A stretch of 63,957 nt of DNA, filler included, from Octopus bimaculoides (GCF_001194135.2; 8 parts of 6 records of this genome joined end to end with filler, not necessarily neighbours in it), one strand, 5' to 3'; counted from the whole stretch's first letter, positions 1-12,192 are shown. Translations and numbers: made by a program. The notes: generated from the letters alone by a model not told the origin.

Positions 1-65
1 TGTTTTCACAATACTTCAGTTTCCCTTCGCAGTGTCCCCTAAAATCACTTCGCTGTTCTCTAGAG

Positions 66-322
66 CAGGGGTTTTCAAACTTTTTGACTTGTGGACCCCT
101 TTGTATTAAACGCTTATGAAATTTATACATAAATATTTGCTTAAAATAACATATATTTTTACATTTATTTATTTAACAGTATTTAACAAATAGGTTTATT
201 GTCAATTAAAAGATTTCGATTAAAAATCAAATTGCCCATAAACAGTATTTGCTGTCTACGGAGCCCCTGTCTTGTCCTTGCGGACCCCCTGTGTTCCGGG
301 GGCCACAGTTTGAAAACCCCTG
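66..322. mobile_element. hAT (Charlie/Buster-like) MITE
   Basis: Terminal inverted repeats CAGGGGTTTTCAAAC...GTTTGAAAACCCCTG. 8-bp target-site duplication (TSD) CTCTAGAG (58-65) / CTCTAGGG (323-330), fitting the nTCTAGAn preference of this group. Confidence 0.85.
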
Positions 323-330
323 CTCTAGGG

Positions 331-359
331 GACCACAGACCCCAGTTTGAGAACCACTG
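331..359. mobile_element. Right end of a second hAT-type element
   Basis: Ends in GTTTGAGAACCACTG, the reverse complement of a CAGTGGTTCTCAAAC-type TIR. The left end is not in the window. Confidence 0.55.
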
Positions 360-423
360 ATGTACAACCATCAAATGATATCAAGACAAGTATTCACACA
401 CACACACACACATACACACACAA

Positions 424-568
424 GTATACATATGGGCTTCTTTCAGTTTCCAGCTACCAAATTCACTCAGAAGGCCTTGGTCAGCCCTAAGCTATAATAG
501 AAAACACTTGCTCAAGGTGCCACACAGTAGAACTGAACTCAAGACCACACGGTTGACAAGCCAGCTTT
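424..568 (-). mobile_element. tRNA-derived SINE family A, head fragment
   Basis: Reverse-complement match to the copies at 1545 and 2600. Confidence 0.75.
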
Positions 569-777
569 GGTTTTTAAGAAACAACAACAAAAGATCTCAA
601 AGTAGATTTGAACTCACTCCCTGCGGGCTGGTAGTGCAGCACCTTACCCACTCAACCATTTCGGTGCAACCAACCAAAACTTGCAGAATGAGACATTTAA
701 CCTGATTTAATATCAACTCGAATATTTCGTTCATATAAATAGCAAAGGACAGGACTGATTGCCTTACTCTAGTGTTC

Positions 778-805
778 TAGTAGTAGTAGTAGTAGTAGTA
801 GTAGT

Positions 806-846
<41 letters not shown>

Positions 847-1200
847 CAGTAGTAGTAGTTGTAGGAGTTTAGTGGTGGTGGTGGTGGTGGTGGTGATGGT
901 GGAGGTGTGCTGGTAATGGTGGTGGTGGTAGTGGTGGTGGTGGTGTGCTAGTAGTGGTGGTGGCGAACTGGTGGGGGTGGTAGTGGTACTAATTGTAGTA
1001 ACAGCTCTAATAGTAGTTTAGTTATAGTACTATAGTGCTAGTAGCAGCAGCAGTAGTGGTGGTGGTGGTGATAGTAGTATTAGTAGTAGCAGCTCTGATA
1101 GAAGTTTAGATACACCACTGTAGTGGTTGTAGTAGTAGTAGTCATAGCAGCAGACGTTGCAGCAACAGCAGCAACAGCAGCAGCCGTTATGGTTGTAGAG
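778..1200. repeat. Compound (TAG)n/(CAG)n/(GGT)n trinucleotide low-complexity tract
   Basis: Seen directly. Confidence 0.9.
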
Positions 1201-1544
1201 TAGCCACCCACTCCCCCTCCCGCTTTTCTCTGTTCTCTGGTCAACTCCACTTGACCAGACCTTGTCGCTAATATTGCTGTTTGGTCAGCCAGGAATACTA
1301 ACGAGTTACAATGGTAACGACCACTTAACGCAGCCAGAATTGTTGCTGCGGCTTCTACAATCATTAATTTAGCCATAACAGGGGAAACCACTATGTAGAC
1401 ATTTGGTCTGCTAGAAATAGCAGCTGAATCTCCCTCAATTCACATCCTACTGTCTTAGAGAAATGGTTTCTTAGATGATATTAGCCAGTGGGCACTAGTC
1501 TAGAGAAAAATAATTAAATAATTAAATAATTAAATGAATAAATA

Positions 1545-1990
1545 AATAGGTGCAGGTGTGGCTGTGTGACAAGAAGTTTGCTTCCCAACCACATGGTTCT
1601 GGGTTCAATCCCACTGTGTGGAACCTTAGGTAAGTGTCTTTTACTATAGCCTCAAGGCTGACCAAAGCCCTGTGAGTGGATTTGGCAGAAGGAAACCGAA
1701 AGAAGCCTGACGTATATTTATGTGTGTGTGTGTGTGTGTCTGTGTGTATGTGCACATGTGCGTCTTTATGTCTGGTTTGTCCCCCACCACCACTTGACAA
1801 CCGGTGTAGGTGTGTTTATGTCCCTATAACTTAGCACTTTGACAAAAAGGGATCGATAAAATAAGCACCAAGCTTTAAAATAAAAGGAAACAAGTACAGG
1901 GGTTGATACATTCAACTAAAAATTCTTCGAGGCGGTGCCCCAGCATGGCCGCAGTCTAATGACAGAAACAAATACAAAGAGGAAAGAAAT
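1545..1990 (+). mobile_element. tRNA-derived SINE family A, near full length
   Basis: A-box-like TGGCTGTGTG and B-box-like GGTTCAATCC, internal (TG)n, and the tail motif GGTGCCCCAGCATGGCCGCAGTC shared with other copies. Confidence 0.85.
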
Positions 1991-2084
1991 AAAAAAGCAT
2001 AGGCGAGGCTGTATGGTTAATCAGCTAGAAATAACAGCTAAATCTCCATCAAATTATATACACTCTACTGTTTGAAAGATGTAT

Positions 2085-2250
2085 AGAATAGAGACAGGTT
2101 TGGCTGTGTGGTTAAGAAACTTGCTTTACAAACTTGTGATTTTGGGTTCAGGCACACTGCTAGTGGCACATTGGACAAGTGTCTTCTACTGTAGCCCTAG
2201 ACCAACTAATGCCTTGTTTGTGAATTCGGAGGAAAGAAATTGTGGAAGCC
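2085..2250 (+). mobile_element. SINE family A head
   Basis: Same head sequence as the copies at 1545 and 2600. Confidence 0.75.
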
Positions 2251-2259
2251 CATCGTATG

Positions 2260-2289
<30 letters not shown>

Positions 2290-2292
<3 letters not shown>

Positions 2293-2580
2293 GGCAATGA
2301 CTCAGACCTTTGGCATCATGTTGTGCTTGAGAAGAATCATCAAGACAAGTGAAATCACAATCATGGCAGATACTGGTGTCACGCAAACGGCACCTGTGCC
2401 GGTGGCATATAAAAGCAGCCATTACACTCTTGGAGAGTTGGTGTTAGGAAGGGTATCCAGCTGTTGAAACCATGCCAAATCAGACTGGATCCTGGCGCAG
2501 TCTAACATTGTGCCAGCCCAGTCAAACCGTCCAACCCATGCCAGCATGGACAACGGATGTTAAATGATGATGATGATGAT
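2290..2580 (+). mobile_element. Retroposon with (GAT)n tail, probably RTE-mobilised
   Basis: Contains GTTGGTGTTAGGAAGGGTATCCAGC and ends CCGTCCAACCCATGCCAGCATGG...TTAAATGATGATGAT. The RTE link is inference from the tail type. Confidence 0.6.
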
Positions 2581-2599
2581 AATTTTATATATATATATA

Positions 2600-2796
2600 G
2601 GCGTAAGAGTGGCTGTGTGGTAAGTAGCTTGCTTACCAACCACATGGTCCCAGGTTCAGTCCCACTGCGTGGCATCTTGGGCAAGTGTCTTCTACTATAG
2701 CCTCGGGCCAACCAAAGCCTTGTGAGGGGATTTGGTAGACGGAAACTGAAAGAAGCCCGTCATATATATGTATATATATTTATGTATGTGTTTGTG
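2600..2796 (+). mobile_element. SINE family A head (well preserved)
   Basis: A-box-like TGGCTGTGTGG at 2610-2620, B-box-like GGTTCAGTCCC, then the shared ...GGAAACTGAAAGAAGCCCGTC and a microsatellite. Confidence 0.9.
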
Positions 2797-2896
2797 NNNN
2801 NNNNNNNNNNNNNNNNNNNNNNNNNNNNNNNNNNNNNNNNTTAATTAATTAANNNNNNNNNNNNNNNNNNNNNNNNNNNNNNNNNNNNNNNNNNNN
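2797..2896. other. Artificial assembly spacer (44 N + TTAATTAATTAA + 44 N); the same linker recurs at 24156, 50004, 54331, 58289, 60527 and 62733
   Basis: Identical 12-mer with stops in all six frames, centred in 100-bp N blocks. Confidence 0.95.
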
Positions 2897-3661
2897 CATA
2901 GAAAATACATAGAAAAGTCAATATTAAAGATGTAGATATGAAAGGAGAAAAGTAAATGCAATGGAGATACATATAAAATATAAAATATATATAAAAACGA
3001 TGTGTAAAAAACACATAAATACGATGTGTAAAAACACATATAGATACATAAAAAGTAAATATAAAAATATATAAAAAGTAAATATAAAAAAAAAAATATA
3101 TATATATATATAAAAGGAAATGCATATAAAAATATACACACACACAGCACAGCACAACAACACGCGCACACAGAATTTAAACACACACACACACATGTAT
3201 ATATATATATATATATACATAAATGCGAGACTCAGAAGCGCAAGGAAATAATTCAATCAAAATATAGTGTGCGCCAGTTCGTGAGGGCGCCTCAGTCATT
3301 TAACATTGACGATACTGGAAGTTGCAGGTGATGTCGATTTGACACTATTTTATCTTTCTAAATATGTGGAATGCCTACGTTATCATATTTAAAATAATGT
3401 TGTTTCTTTACGTGAATGAGGAGTGTGAAAACTATAATCGACAAAGTAATGCATATATATACACACACACCATTGCACACGCGCACATACCTACACGTGT
3501 GTATGTATGCATTTATGCATGTTGCTTTCAGTGCCGAAATTGTTATGACTTCCAACTGTCAATTGATGAAGGCATCACATTTCTGCACATCTATCTGTGC
3601 TGTCTTCTTGTTTATCTTCCTATAAAGTCCCCCAGGTCTATATTTTTTCAGTATATGTGCG

Positions 3662-3711
<50 letters not shown>

Positions 3712-4369
3712 GGGGGGTCTGTGTCCGTGTCCACAGAAGCACATAATGGGCGTCATCGCACATAGTCAGCAATCAGAGAGATATTTTATGCAAGTGCCCA
3801 GTGGTTGCGAAGCAAACTTCTTAATCACACGTAGATACACAAATCTATAAGCAACAGCATGTTGTTTCATGTATCTGTGTGTGTATGTATATCCATATAT
3901 ACATACACAGATATATATATTATCTTTCACTTGTGTCGGTAATTAATCTGTAACCAAGTAGGGGCTCGAATTTGAAGAATTTTAGTTGTACGATATACTT
4001 ATTCTATCATCCCTTTTGAAGAACCTCATATTCAAAGACACTTTCATACACCTGCTCGCATGCACACGCGCGCACACACATACACATTCACACTCACACA
4101 CCAACACACATACACACACATCTCTTTGTGTGCGTATATATATATGTGGGGGCGGGTGTATTCGCCTGGCAAATCATTTTATTTGCTAAAATATGTCAGA
4201 AACCATTGGTCCAGGAGCTAGATGGTAAATGTTTTTATTTTTCATCCCCTTCGAAATTTTATCCCCAATAGTGCTTTAGAACTTAGCTGTTCTTTCTAGC
4301 GTGAGGGAATCCTATGATGGATACCTCTTATGTGTTTAAATGTACACTGTATATATATATATATATATA

Positions 4370-4585
4370 CTAGAGGATGCTGAAAAGTTCGTGGGTTTAA
4401 GACTATTGTGAAAGGCTTAGCTGGAGGCCCAACCTACTGAGTTCTTTTACAAGACTTAGAAAAACTGAAATACCGCTGTAATAAGTGTGTGAATCTGAGA
4501 GGAGAGATGTTGAATAAAATCATAATTAACTGATCTTCCTTAATTTTCATTTACCCAAAGCCAGGAACTTTTCAGCACCCCCTCG
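4370..4585 (+). mobile_element. mariner-derived MITE
   Basis: Degenerate TIRs (C..GAGGATGCTGAAAAGTTC / GAACTTTTCAGCACCCCCTCG), TA flanks, and an internal remnant of the transposase C-terminus (LEKLKYRCNKCVNLRG). Confidence 0.8.
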
Positions 4586-4607
4586 TATAGGATATATAAT
4601 ATACACA

Positions 4608-4654
<47 letters not shown>

Positions 4655-4657
<3 letters not shown>

Positions 4658-4830
4658 CATGACAGGCTCCTTTCAGCTTCTGTCTACCTAATACACTCGC
4701 AAGGTTTGGTCGGCCCGATGTTGTAGCAGGAAACACTAGCGCAATGTGCCACGCAGTGGGCCTGAAACTGCAACCATGTAGTTTGAACGCAAATGTCTAA
4801 CTATACGCTTACACCTGTGCCTACATGGCC
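4655..4830 (-). mobile_element. SINE family A head, degraded
   Basis: Reverse-complement similarity to the copy at 2600. Confidence 0.7.
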
Positions 4831-4833
4831 ACG

Positions 4834-4915
<82 letters not shown>

Positions 4916-6739
4916 GGAGTGGGTGCGTGTGTGTGTACATTCAACACGTGAAGCTATGTTGAACAGCTGTTGTTTCATGTAGGTCGGATCCAGCTATTAG
5001 TCGAATCCATTATGAACCTCTTGCTATTTCTCCTTGAAAAATGCTGGGTCGTCAGCTTTTCTCTCTCAGACGGCTATGGCGAAAGACGTTGTGCGATGGA
5101 TGCGACTGAACTGATTGAGGTCAGGCACCTTCTTCTTTGAACACGCTTTAACGACTTGTTCAAGTTCTACTTTGAAAAGAAAGTGAGCTTGGAGAAGGAA
5201 ATCCTCTCCTCCAATGACTTTATCATAAGGTGGATACGCATGGCAAATATGGTGTAAATGAACGGAACATTCATGGTATTTCCACGATAATCAACCATCT
5301 GTAGAATGTCTGTAGAATGCATAACAACTGTTTATCCCTGATATTATTACATGAGTGCATAAAATTCTTTTTATGTCCGCATTAATCATTAAGTATGTAT
5401 ATCGAGTGAGAATTTATTTTATATAAGCTATAATAAGGAAGAATACCGAAAATATTCTTAATATAAGTTTTGTCATCAAGCTACTGATTTCGCCACGTGA
5501 TGGAATTGAACCCGTTACTTGGTATCTAATGAAAATCATACTTATTTAGGAATTGTTACCAGCTTACCACTCCGTATTAAAGAATCCGAGCGATAGAAAA
5601 TACTGCTTGTGTATGTGAAATTTTTAGTAACACGCAATAGAGCCAAATTGTTAATACAAATATATAATCTACGTGATATGTGTTCCGAGATGTTTTCATT
5701 CTTCGCACACCATCTATAGTTTATATATATATATATNNNNNNNNNNNNNNNNNNNNNNNNNNNNNNNNNNNNNNNNNNNNNNNNNNNNNNNNNNNNNNNN
5801 NNNNNNNNNNNNNNNNNNNNNNNNNNNNNNNNNNNNNNNNNNNNNNNNNNNNNNNNNNNNNNNNNNNNNNNNNNNNNNNNNNNNNNNNNNNNNNNNNNNN
5901 NNNNNNNNNNNNNNNNNNNNNNNNNNNNNNNNNNNNNNNNNNNNNNNNNNNNNNNNNNNNNNNNNNNNNNNNNNNNNNNNNNNNNNNNNNNNNNNNNNNN
6001 NNNNNNNNNNNNNNNNNNNNNNNNNNNNNNNNNNNNNNNNNNNNNNNNNNNNNNNNNNNNNNNNNNNNNNNNNNNNNNNNNNNNNNNNNNNNNNNNNNNN
6101 NNNNNNNNNNNNNNNNNNNNNNNNNNNNNNNNNNNNNNNNNNNNNNNNNNNNNNNNNNNNNNNNNNNNNNNNNNNNNNNNNNNNNNNNNNNNNNNNNNNN
6201 NNNNNNNNNNNNNNNNNNNNNNNNNNNNNNNNNNNNNNNNNNNNNNNNNNNNNNNNNNNNNNNNNNNNNNNNNNNNNNNNNNNNNNNNNNNNNNNNNNNN
6301 NNNNNNNNNNNNNNNNNNNNNNNNNNNNNNNNNNNNNNNNNNNNNNNNNNNNNNNNNNNNNNNNNNNNNNNNNNNNNNNNNNNNNNNNNNNNNNNNNNNN
6401 NNNNNNNNNNNNNNNNNNNNNNNNNNNNNNNNNNNNNNNNNNNNNNNNNNNNNNNNNNNNNNNNNNNNNNNNNNNNNNNNNNNNNNNNNNNNNNNNNNNN
6501 NNNNNNNNNNNNNNNNNNNNNNNNNNNNNNNNNNNNNNNNNNNNNNNNNNNNNNNNNNNNNNNNNNNNNNNNNNNNNNNNNNNNNNNNNNNNNNNNNNNN
6601 NNNNNNNNNNNNNNNNNNNNTATATATATATACACACACATATATGTTCAATACATACTAGAATATAACATTGCTAATGTTATATATTCATATGCAATTT
6701 TGAATTTTAAATAGTTTTGTATGTACTATTATAAGTTCT

Positions 6740-6778
<39 letters not shown>

Positions 6779-7852
6779 CACACACAAACAAACAAACAAG
6801 CATATACACACAGCTGCCTGATTAAGTTGAGAAAACATTGATGATATGTATAATTCTCTTACAAGAGCGATAAAACATAGTGCAAGATGAACCGAAGATG
6901 GTGAGTAGCATCTATTGCTTATCACTACTTTAAGAAAGTCAGGTCTAACGCTGGAAGATAGTAAATATCGGAAAAGAATTATCAACAAGAATTGTCTCGA
7001 TTAGAAACAAGTCCAAGAATATCAATAGCAAAACTTTAGAAAATATTGCTATTAAGAAGTAATGAGAGAGACAAAACCATATCGGGCCTTTATTGGTTGC
7101 TCGGTGAAGATATGCATAATGTTGAAAGGAAAGCAAATACTATCTTAGATTAATGTGAAAACGAAAGTAACAAAATACTACAAATTATTGTGATATCTAA
7201 AAGTGAAACTTGACTCCAAAACATTTCATGCTGTTAACCGGGGAAATTTATTATCAAAGTGATAAGGAAAGCAGCTAACGAAACTAAAGTAGTAGCATTA
7301 TCATTTTAAGATACTCAGTAGTCCGGTAAATTTATCAACAGAAAAGTTTCACTGTTCCACTATCAATTCATGAACTTTTTCTTTTGTCTTCAATATCTGT
7401 TTTATTATCTAGATATTCTAATCAATATTAGAGTATTTGCTTATAAAGATTATATATTTAATCATCGTCTGCTGTAATTTTATATAAGGCCTTTCTAAAA
7501 TCAGATTCTACTGATGAACTGTTCTTGCAAAATTTTCCAAATGTGTTGATAGCGAAAAAAAAGTATAAAGTTTAGTTGAAAACAAAATTTGAAATTTTCT
7601 GAAATTTTCTGAAATGAATAATGATTACAGAGAATGTAAAATGCGTTAATTAACGTTTTTAATGGAATATTAAAATCGAAACAAAATTGTGTGATCTTCA
7701 TGTAAACGTTCCCTTTTATATTGTTAGAAAATCAAAATGACATTGAGATATCAAAATTTTTAAATGAAGAAATGAAGCTGCTGATGTACATCTACAAAAG
7801 AATAGAAGCCAGCGCAATAGGCACAAACGTTTGAGAATGAGCTTAGGCAATA

Positions 7853-9009
7853 TCAGGCTGAGTAAAAAGTAAGCAACGTTTCGAAACATGAAATTCATCA
7901 CAATATATTTCAACAATGCGGAAATTTTATTCATCAAAGCAAGTACTTTTACAAGCGACACATTTTTGCCAACGAGTTACAAGTTTGTTTATTTCGGTAA
8001 ATATCTGGAGTCCTGGTGCTGATGAACTCTTTGAACGCACTTTCAATATCGGTTTGATTTTTTAACTCCTCTCGTAGGAAACTATCAAGGTGTTTAAAAA
8101 AGAGGTAATCGGTAGGAGAAACATCTGGGGAATAAACTGGGTGGGGAAGAACTTCTTAGCCAAGTTCCTCCAACTTTTGGAGCGTCATTAGTGAAACGTG
8201 TGGTTGAGTATTGTCATGAAGAATGATTGGCCCTCTTCTGTCGACCACTCTGGGATGAAGGAGTAGCAGTTTTCCGTTCATTTTAAAATTTTCATGGCAA
8301 TATGTTTCTGCAGTAACGGTTTTTTCTGGATTTTAAGAGGTTATAGTGGATGAGTCCAGCTGTAAAGCACCAAACAGTCACCATGACCTTTTTTTTGAAG
8401 AGTTCGGGTTTAGGGAAGGTTTTCGGTGCTTCATTTTGGTCCAACCACTGCGAAGAACGCTTTTTTATTATTGTACAGAATCCACTTTTCATCACAAATT
8501 AGAATACGGTCGAGAAATGGATCGGTCTGGTTATGAAGAAGCAGCAACGAGCAAATTTCATATTTGCACATTTTCTGATTTTCATTCAAATCTTGTGGTA
8601 CCGATTTGTGGAGCTTTTTTTGATTTTCTAATCGCATGCAAATGGTTGCAGGCAGTTTCGTGGCTAACTTGAAGTTCTTTTGCCATTTCTTGAGTGGATT
8701 TACGTGGTTCTTTCTCAATGATGGTCTTTAATTGACCGTCATCGATGACAGCTGGGCGTCCACTATACTCACGATCTTCAAGGCTCAAGTCTCCACTGCG
8801 AAATCGTTTAAATCATTTTCGAGCTGACCATTTACTGGTCCTTTCCTCACCAAACGTTTCGTTGATATCGCGTGCAGTTTCAGCTACTTTACGTCCTTTT
8901 TTGAAGTTGAATAGCAAAATTGCTCGAATATCCCGCTTTTTTGCCAGTTCCATTTCAGATGATTGTAACAACAGTGAAAAAAATATCAATGTTAATTTGA
9001 CGCGACCAA
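7853..9009 (-). mobile_element. Decayed mariner element (Hsmar1/cecropia-like)
   Basis: Encloses the transposase pseudogene. A mariner-like end TATCAGGCTGAGTAAAAAGTAAGCAACG starts at 7851, with a weak counterpart ending at about 9011. Confidence 0.75.
7927..8953 (-). pseudogene. mariner DD34D transposase, frameshifted
   Basis: Across frames: MELAKKRDIRAILLFNFKKGRKVAETARDIN; SLEDREYSGRPAVIDDGQLKTIIE; VPQDLNENQK; FLDRILICDEKWILYNN; KKVMVTVW; HPVYSPDVSPTDYLFFKHLD; RWQKCV. Each matches an Hsmar1-type motif. Confidence 0.92.
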
Positions 9010-9034
9010 TAGCGACGGGACCAGTAGACCAGTA

Positions 9035-9073
9035 GACCAGTCCTGGTTTCGGGCTATTTCTGCCACTCCTCAG
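9035..9073 (-). ncRNA. Hammerhead-ribozyme-like core (type I, stem I partner missing)
   Basis: Minus strand: CUGAGGA-GU-GGC(AGAAAUA)GCC-C-GAAA-CCA(GGAC)UGG-UC. Stems II and III and a GUC triplet are present; no adjacent stem I. Confidence 0.5.
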
Positions 9074-9789
9074 ATGATAGCAGCTCGTTTCTGCATGCAG
9101 TATATATATTTCAAGTGAACACACAGAAGCTGATTTTGCAATAAGCAAAATCTACTGGTCTCGTCGCTAGAAAATGGTACGGGTACACTCACATGCTCGC
9201 AATTTTATCCGATTTAACCAGCTAGAAGAGATGTCCTCTTGGAGTTAAACAGTCGCAGTAGAGTCCGCTCGAACGCACAGCCATGTTAAAGTGGCTACGA
9301 ATATTACTTGTCAGAATAACTACTACATTGATCTCTTAGAGAGATTTTAGAATTAGCATTCTTGCTTATTGCAAAATCAGCGACGGTGTGTTCGCTTGAA
9401 ACAGATGTGGTTCAATTTCTCTGTTTGTTATTCTAAAGTTTTCTCCCTTTTCTCATTATATATATACANNNNNNNNNNNNNNNNNNNNNNNNNNNNNNNN
9501 NNNNNNNNNNNNNNNNNNNNNNNNNNNNNNNNNNNNNNNNNNNNNNNNNNNNNNNNNNNNNNNNNNNNNNNNNNNNNNNNNNNNNNNNNNNNNNNNNNNN
9601 NNNNNNNNNNNNNNNNNNNNNNNNNNNNNNNNNNNNNNNNNNNNNNNNNNNNNNNNNNNNNNNNNNNNNNNNNNNNNNNNNNNNNNNNNNNNNNNNNNNN
9701 NNNNATATATATATATATATATATAGCATGAAGTTTAGTTTTTGATATTTCTCTTCAGCTGTAGTATCATTTTCACCTCCATTTCAGTG

Positions 9790-10570
9790 TCTTTCATCTT
9801 ATCAGTTGCATCTGGTTATTTCTATAAGTCTTGATTCTAATTCTCCCTATCTAATTTGGCGCTCACCGTTTTAGTCAATTTGCGTCTTCTGATAATAGCT
9901 TTAGCACATTTGTCTAATCTCATACACATTTGTTTGCCTTGGATACATTTATGAGCAATTGTAGTATGTTTTCCAACTGGGTGTTATCCAACGTAAACAG
10001 TTTTAAGTCATCCATAGTGAAGAAATTAGTTATAGTATGTGCGTAACATCTATAACTATAGTGGAGGGGTCATTCAATAGATTTGTTAATGACATTAAGG
10101 TTCGAGTGAAAAGTAGAAGGATAAGGAACTTCTTTGAATGATGTTTCGTTCTATCGGCATGGGGGTAGTTTAAATTATCTTACCTTTGCTTTGTAATCAT
10201 ATGGCTGTTTTCCATTTTGACATGCTATGGGTGATTTCCTCGTTCATCTTGGAGCTGTTTTATTTATATTAAATCTCACTATCATCCAGGAAAGTGTCAT
10301 ACGATCAAATGCCTTTTTTTTTGCTCATTTCAAGCAATGCTACAATTTGGGTTTTTTCCAAATTCTTCTTTCTTCTGCTCAGTTTACCATGATCTGATCT
10401 TTACAGCCATACATCTTTACCGGCAGTATCCCGGTAATACGTTACTGCTCTCCAGGTGAGTAACCAATTCCTTGTAGAGTAAGGATGTCAGAAATCTGGG
10501 TTGTTGTCAAGCAATTTTATAGGCCAGCAGTTTGGTGATCTTTTGTGTATTTTGTCATTGTCTATTTCGT
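9790..10570 (-). pseudogene. Reverse transcriptase remnant of an R4/Dong-like (RLE) non-LTR retrotransposon
   Basis: Degenerate motifs in the expected order: HLESSNVLP, GCKDQ, KAFD, an FQGDSLS-like stretch, and TNFFTMDDLKLF. Confidence 0.7.
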
Positions 10571-11988
10571 TGAATTTTTTCATGGCAATGCATGTTTTTA
10601 TGAATGAATAAAACTGTGTGATATATAAGCTTAAGATAGTAATTTATATTCAAGTTGGGGAAGTTTTGCTGCTTCGTATAGTGTAGTATGAATTTATTTA
10701 ACATTTAGAAATTTCCAAAAGTGACTGAATTGACCCCTTAGTAATAATTTCACCACAATTTGTTATCCTAAAACCATTAAATATATTTTTTATATTCATT
10801 TTTGTAATAGGATCTTAAGGATATTAGGAAATTAAGATTCCACTTCTCATTTTAAGATTTGTTTCACTTAAGTCAGTCCACCAACAACTTTGGGAGACGC
10901 ATGAATGTATGAATATATAATTTCATTTCCTCCTCTTATAAATATAAACACTTGTGGCAAAGCAAAAGTAAGTAATAAAAATCGGTAAACCGAACACGTA
11001 ACACCGTTTTCATTCCATACTGAAGGTATATCATTTCACTTAGGCTGCTAAGATCCTCGAGAAAAATCATGAGCGTCTTAACTTTATATATATACTTACC
11101 TAAAAATATACGGCCTAAAGTTCTAAGTTTAAAGGAACTAATATTTAACTGGATCTGCTACATACATTCTACTGAGGTTTGAATTTAAATTCAAATCTGA
11201 ATTTGAGGCAGAGTCACGTATTTAAACTAACAGTCATTACATAGCTTCAAATGGTTCATATCAATGAAAATCTATAGTTAACTTTTTTTTTTTTTTTGTA
11301 AACATTCCTATCGTTAAGCTACAGAAATTTAATAAATCACTGAAACGACGATCGAAATCTCAATTGTTCGCACCCTCTCAATCAGTTATTCTATTTATGT
11401 CCATAGTTAAATTACTAGATATACTTTGCGCTTGAGTAGCAGTACTATAAAGAGTTACAGTATTATATAGATGTTCAAATATTTGCTAGCTATGAGTGAT
11501 AAAAGTAAACCAAGTGTCAAGTCTGGAGAATACTCAACTAGAATAATCAACTAGAATCTAGAAACCTGTCAGTAGATAATAACAGTGACGTCTCCATCAC
11601 ATAGGAGTGAGTCATCTTTAGGAACGAAAGGCCTTATAGATATTATGAATTTCTGTGCGTTATGGTTGCAAATAAATGTAATAGAGTTGCAGAGAGAATA
11701 TATTTGATTATTGGTCTGTTTGATGAGGACTGACGCGGAATTCAACGGTGAAGTCAAAAAACGACCATTGCTACAACAGCGATGATGACATGCTACCATA
11801 CTTATAGCTAACGTTTACAGAATCCCTAGGTGGGAAACATTTGTAACAAGTACACATAACATGCTTATTATAAATCCAAACAAAAATAAAACTTTGAAAT
11901 GGGAACCATTTCCTATTAGATGAGGAAAATTTCACAGAGAAACCAATTTAAGCCACATTCAGATACTTTTGAACTCTGCAGTTTTCAG

Positions 11989-12061
11989 GTATGAATTTTT
12001 TTATCAATAACTAATTTTAATATCCATATGTGTATTACTGACGACCCTTTTGTTTTTCTAG
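11989..12061 (+). other. Candidate 73-nt spliceosomal intron
   Basis: CAG|GTATGA donor, TACTGAC branch point, pyrimidine tract CCCTTTTGTTTTTCTAG| acceptor. Confidence 0.5.
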
Positions 12062-12063
12062 AA

Positions 12064-12192
12064 ATGTGTTACTATTTTAATGTTGTTATTTATGTTAGTG
12101 TGGTGTTAGTGGTATACTGCAACAACTACACTACAAATAAGAGCAGTAACGTCACGAAAAAATGTTTACACGTAAAGTGTGATAATAGTTGA
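12064..12192 (+). CDS. Candidate 42-aa ORF MCYYFNVVIYVSVVLVVYCNNYTTNKSSNVTKKCLHVKCDNS (unverified)
   Basis: ATG 2 nt after the acceptor, hydrophobic N-terminus, three N-x-S/T sequons. It may be a by-product of an inverted repeat. Confidence 0.2.
   Translation: MCYYFNVVIYVSVVLVVYCNNYTTNKSSNVTKKCLHVKCDNS

Noticed and set aside
5542-6714. Long ORFs of 200-400 aa in the track, here and at 18424, 21863, 25098, 36040, 39234, 41045, 42079, 45178, 46536, 50697 and 58889
   Set aside because: They are runs of X produced by N gaps.
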